From the NCBI RefSeq assembly GCF_009914755.1, contig NC_060943.1: a stretch of 64,000 bases of DNA. The stretch is one strand, 5' to 3'. How positions within the stretch are numbered: position 1 is the stretch's first letter; every line of letters begins with the position of its first letter. The notes beneath the pieces were generated by a model. The model made no database searches, was not told the DNA's origin, and saw only the letters and a list, made by a program, of their open reading frames with translations. This stretch comes from the human T2T-CHM13v2.0 reference genome, Homo sapiens. The translations under genes and the position numbers were made by a program. Positions 25,201-36,900 of the stretch are shown piece by piece.

Positions 25201-27916
25201 ATGATTCTCAGAAACTCCTTTGTGATGTGTGCGTTCAACTCACAGAGTTTAACCTTTCTTTTCATAGAGCAGTTAGGAAACACTCTGTTTGTAAAGTCTG
25301 CAAGTGGATATTCAGACCTCTTTGAGGTCTTTGTTGGAAACGGGATTTCTTCATATTCTGCTAGACAGAAGAATTCTCAGAAACTTCCTGGTGTTGTGTG
25401 TTTTCAACTCACAGAGTTCAACGATCCTTTACACAGAGTAGACTTGAAACACTCTTTTTGTTGAATTGGCAAGTGGAGATTTCAGCCGCTTTGAGGTCAG
25501 TGGTAGAAAAGGAAATATCTTCGTATAAAAACTAGACAGAGTGATTCTCAGAAACTCCTTTGTGATGTCTGCGTTCAACTCACAGGGTTTAACCTTTCTT
25601 TTCATAGAGCAGTTAGGAAACACTCTGTTTGTAAAGTCTGCAAGTGGATATTCAGACCTCCTTGAGGCCTTCGTTGGAAACCGGATTTCTTCATATTTTG
25701 CTATACAGAAGAATTCTCAGAAACTTCCTTGTGTTGTGTGTATTCAACTCACAGAGTTGAACGATAGTTTACACAGAGCAGACTTGAAACACTCTTTTTG
25801 TGGAATTTGCAAGTGGAGATTTCAGCCGCTTTGAGGTCAATGTTAGAAAAGGAAATATCTTCGTATAAAAACTAGACAGAATGATTCTCAGAAACTCCTT
25901 TGTGATGTGTGCGTTCAACTCACAGAGTTTAACCTTTCTTTTCATAGAGCAGTTAGGAAACACTCTGTTTGTAAAGTCTGCAAGTGGGTATTCAGACCTC
26001 CTTGGGGCCTTTGTTGGAAACGGGATTTCTTCATATTATGCTAGACAGAAGAATTCTCAGTAACTTCCTTGTGTTGTGTGTATTCAACTCACAGAGTTGA
26101 ACGATCCTTTACACAGAGCATACTTGAAACACTCTTGTTGTGGAATTTGCAAGTGGAGATTTCAGCCGCTTTGAGGTCAATGGTAGAATAGGAAATATCT
26201 TCCTATAGAAACTAGACAGAATGATTCTCAGAAACTCCTTTGTGATGTGTGCGTTCAACTCACAGAGTTTAACCTTTCTTTTCATAGAGCAGTTAGGAAA
26301 CACTCTGTTTGTAAAGTCTGCAAGTGGATATTCAGACCTCTTTGAGGCCTTCGTTGGAAACGGGATTTCTTCATATTCTGCTAGACAGAAGAATTCTCAG
26401 TAACTTCCTTGTGTTGTGTGTATTCAACTCACAGAGTTGAACGATCCTTTACACAGTGCAGACTTGAAACACTCTTTTTGTGGAATTTGCAAGTGGAGAT
26501 TTCAGCCGCTTTGAGGTCAATGGTAGAAAAGGAAATATCTTCGTATAAAAAGTATACAAAATGATTCTCAGAAACTCCTTTGTGATGTGTGCGTTCAACT
26601 CACAGAGTTTAACCTTTCTTTTCATAGAGCAGTTAGGAAACACTCTGTTTGTGAAGTCTGCAAGTGGATATTCAGACCTCTTTGAGGCCTTTGTTGGAAA
26701 CGGGATTTCTTCATATTCTGCTAGACAGAAGAATTCTCAGAAACTTCCTGGTGTTGTGTGTTTTCAACTCACAGAGTTCAACGATCCTTTACACAGAGTA
26801 GACTTGAAACACTCTTTTTGTTGAATTGGCAAGTGGAGATTTCAGCCGCTTTGAGGTCAATGGTAGAAAAGGAAATATCTTCGTATAAAAACTAGACAGA
26901 GTGATTCTCAGAAACTCCTTTGTGATGTCTGCGTTCAACTCACAGAGTTTAACCTTTCTTTTCATAGAGCAGTTAGGAAACACTCCGTTTGTAAAGTCTG
27001 CAAGTGGATATTCAGACCTCCTTGAGGCCTTCATTGGAAACAGGATTTCTTCATATTTTGCTATACAGAAGAATTCTCAGAAACTTCCTTGTGTTGTGTG
27101 TATTCAACTCACAGAGTTGAACGATAGTTTACACAGAGCAGACTTGAAACACTCTTTTTGTGGAATTTGCAAGTGGAGATTTCAGCCGCTTTGAGGTCAA
27201 TGTTAGAAAAGGAAATATCTTCGTATAAAAACTAGACAGAATGATTCTCAGAAACTCCTTTGTGATGTGTGCGTTCAACTCACAGAGTTTAACCTTTCTT
27301 TTCATAGAGCAGTTAGGAAACACTCTGTTTGTAAAGTCTGCAAGTGGATATTCAGACCTCCTTGGGGCCTTCGTTGGAAACGGGATTTCTACATATTATG
27401 CTAGACAGAAGAATTCTCAGTAACTTCCTTGTCTTGTGTGTATTCAACTCACAGAGTTGAACGATCCTTTACACAGAGCATACTTGAAACACTCTTATTG
27501 TGGACTTTGCAAGTGGAGATTTCAGCCGCTTTGAGGTCAATGGTAGAATAGGAAATATCTTCCTATAGAAACTAGACAGAATGATTCTCAGAAACTCCTT
27601 TGTGATGTGTGCGTTCAACTCACAGAGTTTAACCTTTCTTTTCATAGAGCAGTTAGGAAACACTCTGTAAAGTCTGCAAGTGGATATTCAGACCTCCTTG
27701 AGGCCTTCTTTGGAAACGGGATTTCTTCATATTCTGCTATACAGAAGAATTCTCAGAAACTTCCTTGTGTTGTGTGTTTTCAACTCACAGAGTTCAACGA
27801 TCCTTTACACAGAGCAGACTTGAAACACTCTTTTTGTGGAATTTGCAAGTGGAGAATTCAGCCGCTTTGAGGTCAATGGTAGAATAGGAAATATCTTCCT
27901 ATAGAAACTAGACAGA
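25201..27916 (+). repeat. Transition zone: two diverged copies of a 1360-bp 8-mer unit
   Basis: TCATATTTTG (25691/27051), ACGATAGTTT (25761/27121), TGTTAGAAAA (25841/27201) and CTTGGGGCCT (26001/27361) recur at 1360 bp. The fourth dimers differ, and the first indel of the window is at ~27667. Confidence 0.8.
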
Positions 27917-30900
27917 ATGATTCTCAGAAACTCCTTTGTGATGTGTGCGTTCAACTCACAGAGTTTAACCTTTCTTTTCATAGAGCAGTTAGGAAACACT
28001 CTGTTTGTAAAGTCTGCAAGTGGATATTCAGACCTCCTTGAGGCCTTCGTTGGAAACGGGATTTCTTCATATTATGCTAGACAGAAGAATTCTCAGTAAC
28101 TTCCTTGTGTTGTGTGTATTCAACTCACAGAGTTGAACGATCCTTTACACAGAGCAGACTTGAAACACTCTTTTTGTGGAATTTGCAAGTGGAGATTTCA
28201 GCCGCTTTGAGGTCAATGGTAGAATAGGAAATATCTTCCTATAGAAACTAGACAGAATGATTCTCAGAAACTCCTTTGTGATGTGTGCGTTCAACTCACA
28301 GAGTTTAACCTTTCTTTTCATAGAGCAGTTAGGAAACACTCTGTTTGTAAAGTCTGCAAGTGGATATTCAGACCTCTTTGAGGCCTTCGTTGGAAACGGG
28401 ATTTCTTCATATTATGCTAGACAGAAGAATTCTCAGTAACTTCCTTGTGTTGTGTGAATTCAACTCACAGAGTTGAACGATCCTTTACACAGAGCAGACT
28501 TGAAACACACTTTTTGTGGAATTTGCAAGTGGAGATTTCAGCCAGTTTGTTGTCAATAGTAGAATAGGAAATATCTTCCTATAGAAACTATACAGAATGA
28601 TTGTCAGAAACTCCTTTGTGATGTGTGCGTTCAACTCACAGAGTTTAACCTTTCTTTTCATAGAGAAGTTAGGAAACACTGGGTTGGTAAAGTCTAAAAG
28701 TGGATATTCAGACATCTTTGAGGCTTTCGTTGGAAACGGGATTTATTCATATTCTGCTAGACAGAAGATTTCTCAGAAATTTCCTTGTGTTGTGTGTATT
28801 CAACTCACAGAGTTGAACGATCCTTTACTCAGAGAAGACTTGAAACACTCCTTCTGTGGAATTTGCAAGTTGAGATTTCAGCCGCTTTGAGGTCAATGGT
28901 AGAATAGGAAATATCTTCCTATAGAAACTATACAGAATGATTGTCAGAAACTCCTTTGTGATGTGTGCGTTCAACTCACAGAGTTTAACCTTTCTTTTCA
29001 TAGAGAAGTTAGGAAACACTGGGTTGGTAAAGTCTAAAAGTGGATATTCAGACCTCCTTGAGGCCTTCTTTGGAAACGGGATTTGTTCTTATTATGCTAG
29101 ACAAAAGAATTCTCAGTAACTTCCTTGTGTTGTGTGTATTCAACTCACAGAGTTGAACGATCCTTTACACAGAGCAGACTTGAAACACTCTTTTTGTGGA
29201 ATTTGCAAGTGGAGATTTCCGCCGCTTTGAGGTCAATGGTAGAATAGGAAATATCTTCCTATAGAAACTAGACAGAATGATTCTCAGAAACTCCTTTGTG
29301 ATGTGTGCGTTCAACTCACAGAGTTTAACCTTTCTTTTCATAGAGCAGTTAGGAAACACTCTGTTTGTAAAGTCTGCAAGTGGATATTCAGACATCTTTG
29401 AGGCTTTCGTTGGAAACGGGATTTCTTCATATTCTGCTATACAGAAGAATTCTCAGAAACTTCCTTGTGTTGTGTGTTTTCAACTCACAGAGTTGAACGA
29501 TGCTTTACACAGAGTAGACTTGACACACTCTTTTTGTGGAATTTGCAAGTGGAGATTTCAGCCGCTTTGAGGTCAATGGTAGAAAAGGAAATATCTTCGT
29601 ATAAAAACTAGACAGAATGATTCTCAGAAACTCCTTTGTGATGTGTGCGTTCAACTCACAGAGTTTAACCTTTCTTTTCATAGAGCAGTTACGAAACACT
29701 CTGTTTGTAAAGTCTGCAAGTGGATATTCAGACCTCTTTGAGGCCTTCGTTGGAAACGGGATTTCTTCATATTCTGCTACAGAGAAGAATTCTCTGTAAC
29801 TTCCTGGTGTTGTGTGTATTCAACTCACAGAGTTGAACGATCCTTTACACAGAGCAGACTTGAAACACTCTTTTTGTGGAATTTGCAAGTGGAGATTTCA
29901 GCCGCTTTGAGGTCAATGGTAGAATAGGAAATATCTTCCTATAGAAACTAGACAGAATGATTCTCAGAAACTCCTTTGTGATGTGTGCGTTCAACTCACA
30001 GAGTTTAACCTTTCTTTTCATAGAGCAGTTAGGAAACACTCTGTTTGTAAAGTCTGCAAGTAGATATTTAGACATCTTTGTGGATTTCGTTGGAAACGGG
30101 ATTTCTTCATATTCTGCTATACAGAAGAATTCTCAGAAACTTCCTTGTGTTGTGTGTTTTCAACTCACAGAGTTCAACGATCCTTTACACAGAGCAGACT
30201 TGAAACACTCTTTTTGTGGAATTTGCAAGTGGAGATTTCAGCCGCTTTGTGGTCAATGGTAGAATAGGAAATATCTTCCTATAGAAACTAGACAGAATGA
30301 TTCTCAGAAACTCCTTTGTGATGTGTGCGTTCAACTCACAGAGTTTAACCTTTCTTTTCATAGAGCAGTTAGGAAACACTCTGTTTGTAAAGTCTGCAAG
30401 TGGATATTCAGACCTCCTTGAGGCCTTCGTTGGAAACGTGATTTCTTCATAGTATGCTAGACAGAAGAATTCTCAGTAACTTCCTTGTGTTGTGTGTATT
30501 CAACTCACAGAGTTGAACGATCCTTTACACAGAGCAGACTTGAAACACTCTTTTTGTGGAATTTGCAAGTGGAGATTTCAGCCGATTTGAGGTCAATGGT
30601 AGAATAGGAAATATCTTCCTATAGAAACTAGACAGAATGATTCTCAGAAACTCCTTTGTGATGTGTGCGTTCAACTCACAGAGTTTAACCTTTCTTTTCA
30701 TAGAGCAGTTAGGAAACACTCTGTTTGTAAAGTCTGCAAGTGGATATTCAGACCTCCTTGAGGCCTTCGTTGGAAACGGGATTTCTTCATATTATGCTAG
30801 ACAGAAGAATTCTCAGTAACTTCCTTGTGTTGTGTGTATTCAACTCACAGAGTTGAACGATCCGTTACACAGAGCATACTTGAAACACTCTTCTTGTGGA

Positions 30901-33900
30901 ATTTGCAAGTGGAGATTTCAGCCGCTTTGAGGTCAATGGTAGAATAGGAAATATCTTCCTATAGAAACTAGACAGAATGATTCTCAGAAACTCCTTTGTG
31001 ATGTGTTCGTTCAACTCACAGTTTAACCTTTCTTTTCATAGAGCAGTTAGGAAACACTCTGTTTGTAAAGTCTGCAAGTGGATATTCAGACCTCCTTGAG
31101 GCCTTCTTTGGAAACGGGATTTCTTCTTATTATGCTAGACAAAAGAATTCTCAGTAACTTCCTTGTGTTGTGTGTATTCAACTCACAGAGTTGAACGATC
31201 CTTTACACAGAGCAGACTTGAAACACTCTTTTTGTGGAATTTGCAAGTGGAGATTTCCGCCGCTTTGAGGTCAATGGTAGAATAGGAAATATCTTCCTAT
31301 AGAAACTAGACAGAATGATTCTCAGAAACTCCTTTGTGATGTGTGCGTTCAACTCACAGAGTTTAACCTTTCTTTTCATAGAGCAGTTAGGAAACACTCT
31401 GTTTGTAAAGTCTGCAAGTGGATATTCAGACATCTTTGAGGCTTTCGTTGGAAACGGGATTTCTTCATATTCTGCTATACAGAAGAATTCTCAGAAACTT
31501 CCTTGTGTTGTGTGTTTTCAACTCACAGAGTTGAACGATGCTTTACACAGAGTAGACTTGAAACACTCTTTTTGTGGAATTTGCAAGTGGAGATTTCAGC
31601 CGCTTTGAGGTCAATGGTAGAAAAGGAAATATCTTCGTATAAAAACTAGACAGAATGATTGTCAGAAACTCCTTTGTGATGTGTGCATTCAACTCACAGA
31701 GTTTAACCTTTCTTTTCATAGAGCAGTTAGGAAACACTCTGTTTGTAAAGTCTGCAAGTGGATATTCAGACCTCTTTGAGGCCTTCGTTGGAAACGGGAT
31801 TTCTTCATATTCTGCTACAGAGAAGAATTCTCAGTAACTTCCTTGTGTTGTGTGTATTCAACTCACAGAGTTGAACGATCCTTTACACAGAGCAGACTTG
31901 AAACACTCTTTTTGTGAAATTTGCAAGTGGAGATTTCAGCCGCTTTGAGGTCAATGGTAGAATAGGAAATATCTTCCTATAGAAACTAGACAGAATGATT
32001 CTCAGAAACTCCTTTGTGATGTGTGCGTTCAACTCACAGAGTTTAACCTTTCTTTTCATAGAGCAGTTAGGAAACACTCTGTAAAGTCTGCATGTGGATA
32101 TTCAGACCTCCTTGAGGCCTTCTTTGGAAACGGGATTTCTTCTTATTATGCTAGACAGAAGAATTCTCAGTAACTTCCTTGTGTTGTGTGTATTCAACTC
32201 ACAGAGTTGAACGATCCTTTACACAGAGCAGACTTGAAACACTCTTTTTGTGGAATTTGCAAGTGGAGATTTCAGCCGCTTTGAGGTCAATGGTAGAATA
32301 GGAAATATCTTCCTATAGAAACTAGACAGAATGATTCTCAGAAACTCCTTTGTGATGTGTGCGTTCAACTCACAGAGTTTAACCTTTCTTTTCATAGAAC
32401 AGTTAGGAAACACTCTGTTTGTAAAGTCTGCAAGTAGATATTTAGACATCTTTGTGGATTTCGTTGGAAACGGGATTTCTTCATATTCTGCTATACAGAA
32501 GAATTCTCAGAAACTTCCTTGTGTTGTGTGTTTTCAACTCACAGAGTTCAACGATCCTTTACACAGAGCAGACTTGAAACACTCTTTTTGTGGAATTTGC
32601 AAGTGGAGATTTCAGCCGCTTTGAGGTCAATGGTAGAATAGGAAATATCTTCCTATAGAAACTAGACAGAATGATTCTCAGAAACTCCTTTGTGATGTGT
32701 GCGTTCAACTCACAGAGTTTAACCTTTCTTTTCATAGAGCAGTTAGGAAACACTCTGTTTGTAAAGTCTGCAAGTGGATATTCAGACCTCCTTGAGGCCT
32801 TCGTTGGAAACGTGATTTCTTCATAGTATGCTAGACAGAAGAATTCTCAGTAACTTCCTTGTGTTGTGTGTATTCAACTCACAGAGTTGAACGATCCTTT
32901 ACACAGAGCAGACTTGAAACACTCTTTTTGTGGAATTTGTAAGTGGAGATTTCAGCCGCTTTGAGGTCAATGGTAGAATAGGAAATATCTTCCTATAGAA
33001 ACTAGACAGAATGATTCTCAGAAACTCCTTTGTGATGTGTGCGTTCAACTCACAGAGTTTAACCTTTCTTTTCATAGAGCAGTTAGGAAACACTCTGTTT
33101 GTAAAGTCTGCAAGTGGATATTCAGACCTCTTTGAGGCCTTCGTTGGAAACGGGATTTCTTCATATTATGCTAGACAGAAGAATTCTCAGTAACTTCCTT
33201 GTGTTGTGTGAATTCAACTCACAGAGTTGAACGATCCTTTACACAGAGCAGACTTGAAACACTCTTTTTGTGGAATTTGCAAGTGGAGATTTCAGCCGCT
33301 TTGTTGTCAATAGTAGAATAGGAAATATCTTCCTATAGAAACTATACAGAATGATTGTCAGAAACTCCTTTGTGATGTGTGCGTTCAACTCACAGAGTTT
33401 AACCTTTCTTTTCATAGAGCAGTTAGGAAACACTGGGTTGGTAAAGTCTAAAAGTGGATATTCAGACATCTTTGTGGCTGTCGTTGGAAACGGGATTTAT
33501 TCATATTCTGCTAGACAGAAGATTTCTCAGAAATTTCCTTGTGTTGTGTGTATTCAACTCACAGAGTTGAACGATCCTTTACTCAGAGAAGACTTGAAAC
33601 ACTCCTTCTGTGGAATTTGCAAGTTGAGATTTCAGCCGCTTTGAGGTCAATGGTAGAATAGGAAATATCTTCCTATAGAAACTAGACAGAATGATTCTCA
33701 GAAACTCCTTTGTGCTGTGTGCGTTCAACTCACAGAGTTTAACCTTTCTTTTCATAGAGCAGTTAGGAAACTCTCTGTTTGTAAAGTCTGCAAGTGGATA
33801 TTCAGACATCTTTGAGGCTTTCGTTGGAAACGGGATTTCTTCATATTCTGCTAGACAGAAGAATTCTCAGAATCTTCCTTTTGTTGTGTGTTTTCAACTC

Positions 33901-36900
33901 ACAGAGTTGAACGATCCTTTACACAGAGCAGACTTGAAACACTCTTTTTGTGGAATTTGCAAGTGGAGATTTCAGCCGCTTTGAGGTCAATGGTAGAATA
34001 GGAAATATCTTCTTATAGAAACTAGACAGAATGATTCTCAGAAACTCCTTTGTGATGTGTGCGTTCAACTCACAGAGTTTAACCTTTCTTATCATAGAGC
34101 AGATAGGAAACACTCTGTTTGTAAAGTCTGCAAGTGGATATTCTGACCTCCTTGAGGCCTTCGTTGGAAACGGGATTTCTTCATATTATGCTAGACAGAA
34201 GAATTCTCAGTAACTTCCTTGTGTTGTGTGTATTCAACTCACAGAGTTGAACGATCCTTTACACAGAGCATACTAGAAACACTCTTCTTGTGGAATTTGC
34301 AAGTGGAGATTTCAGCCGCTTTGAGGTCAATGGTAGAATAGGAAATATCTTCCTATATAAACTAGACAGAATGATTCTCAGAAACTCCTTTGTGATGTGT
34401 GCGTTCAACTCACAGAGTTTAACCTTTCTTTTCATAGAGCAGTTAGGAAACACTCTGTAAAGTCTGCAAGTGGATATTCAGACCTCCTTGAGGCCTTCTT
34501 TGGAAACGGGATTTCTTCTTATTATGCTAGACAGAAGAATTCTCAGTAACTTCCTTGTGTTGTGTGTATTCAACTCACAGAGTTGAACGATCCTTTACAC
34601 AGAGCAGACTTGAAACACTCTTTTTGTAGAATTTGCAAGTGGAGATTTCAGCCGCTTTGAGGTCAATGGTAGAATAGGAAATATCTTCCTATAGAAACTA
34701 GACAGAATGATTCTCAGAAACTCCTTTGTGATGTGTGCGTTCAACTCACAGAGTTTAACCTTTCTTTTCATAGAGCAGTTAGGAAACACTCTGTTTGTAA
34801 AGTCTGCAAGTGGATATTCAGACATCTTTGAGGCTTTCGTTGGAAACGGGATTTCTTCATATTCTGCTATACAGAAGAATTCTCAGAAACTTCCTTGTGT
34901 TGTGTGTTTTCAACTCACAGAGTTCAACGATCCTTTACACAGAGTAGACTTGAAACACTGTTTTTGTGGAATTGGCAAGTGGAGATTTCATCCGCTTTGA
35001 GGTCAATGGTAGAAAAGGAAATATCTTCGTATAAAAACTAGACAGAGTGATTCTCAGAAACTCCTTTGTGATGTCTGCGTTCAACTGACAGAGTTTAACC
35101 TTTCTTTTCATAGACCAGTTAGGAAACACTCTGTTTGTAAAGTCTGCAAGTGGATATTTAGACTTCTTTGTGGATTTCGTTGGAAACGAGATTTCTTCAT
35201 ATTCTGCTATACAGAAGAATTCTCAGAAACTTCCTTGTGTTGTGTGTTTTCAACTCACAGAGTTCAACGATCCTTTACACAGAGCAGACTTGAAACACTC
35301 TTTTTGTGGAATTTGCAAGTGGAGATTTCAGCCGCTTTGAGGTCAATGGTAGAATAGGAAATATCTTCCTATAGAAACTAGACAGAATGATTCTCAGAAA
35401 CTCCTTTGTGATGTGTGCTTTCAACTCACAGAGTTTAACCTTTCTTTTCATAGAGCAGTTAGGAAACACTCTGTTTGTAAAGTCTGGAAGTGGATATTCA
35501 GACCTCCTTGAGGCCTTCGTTGGAAACGGGATTTCTTCATATTATGCTAGACAGAAGACTTCTCAGTAACTTCCTTGTATTCTGTGTATTCAACTCACAG
35601 AGTTGAACGATCCTTTACACAGAGCAGACTTGAAACACTCTTTTTGTGGAATTTGCAAGTGGAGATTTCAGCCGCTTTGAGGTCAATGGTAGAATAGGAA
35701 ATATCTTCCTATAGAAACTAGACAGAATGATTCTCAGAAACTCCTTTGTGATGTGTGCGTTCAACTCACAGAGTTTAACCTTTCTTTTCATAGTGCAGTT
35801 AGGAAACACTCTGTTTGTAAAGTCTGCAAGTGGATATTCAGACCTCCTTGAGGCCTTCGTTGGAAACGGGATTTCTTCATATTATGCTAGACAGAAGAAT
35901 TCTCAGTAACTTCCCTGTGTTGTGTGTATTCAACTCACAGAGTTGAACGATCCGTTACACAGAGCATACTTGAAACACTCTTTTTGTGGAATTTGCAAGT
36001 GGAGATTTCAGCCGCTTTGAGGTCAATGGTAGAATAGGAAATATCTTCCTATAGAAACTAGACAGAATGATTCTCAGAAACTCCTTTGTGATGTGTGCGT
36101 TCAACTCACAGAGTTTAACCTTTCTTTTCATAGAGCAGTTAGGAAACACTCTGTTTGTAAAGTCTGCAAGTGGATATTCAGACCTCCTTGAGGCCTTCTT
36201 TGGAAACGGGATTTCTTCTTATTATGCTAGACAAAAGAATTCTCAGTAACTTCCTTGTGTTGTGTGTATTCAACTCACAGTGTTGAACGATCCTTTACAC
36301 AGAGCAGACTTGAAACACTCTTTTTGTGGAATTTGCAAGTGGAGATTTCAGCCGCTTTGAGGTCAATGGTAGAATAGGAAATATCTTCCTATAGAAACTA
36401 GACAGAATGATTCTCAGAAACTCCTTTGTGATGTGTGCATTCAACTCACAGAGTTTAACCTTTCTTTTCATAGAGCAGTTAGGAAACACACTGTTTGTAA
36501 AGTCTGCAAGTGGATATTCAGACCTCCTTGAGGCCTTCGTTGGAAACGGGATTTCTACGTATTATGCTAGACAGAAGAATTCTCAGTAACTTCCTTGTGT
36601 TGTGTGTATTCAACTCACAGAGTTGAACGATCCTTTACACAGAGCAGACTTGAAACACTCTTGTTGTGGAATTTGCAAGTGGAGATTTCAGCCGCTTTGA
36701 GGTCAATGGTAGAATAGGAAATATCTTCCTATAGAAACTAGACAGAATGATTCTCAGAAACTCCTTTGTGATGTGTGCGTTCAACTCACAGAGTTTAACC
36801 TTTCTTTTCATAGAGCAGTTAGGAAACACTCTGTTTGTAAAGTCTGGAAGTGGATATTCAGACCTCCTTGAGGCCTTCGTTGGAAACGGGATTTCTTCAT

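Noticed and set aside
25201-27916. Assembly chimera joining two chromosomes' arrays
   Set aside because: Intermediate dimers (F-like, E-like, B-like) and shared markers on both sides give a graded transition rather than an abrupt join. It is not fully excluded without reads.
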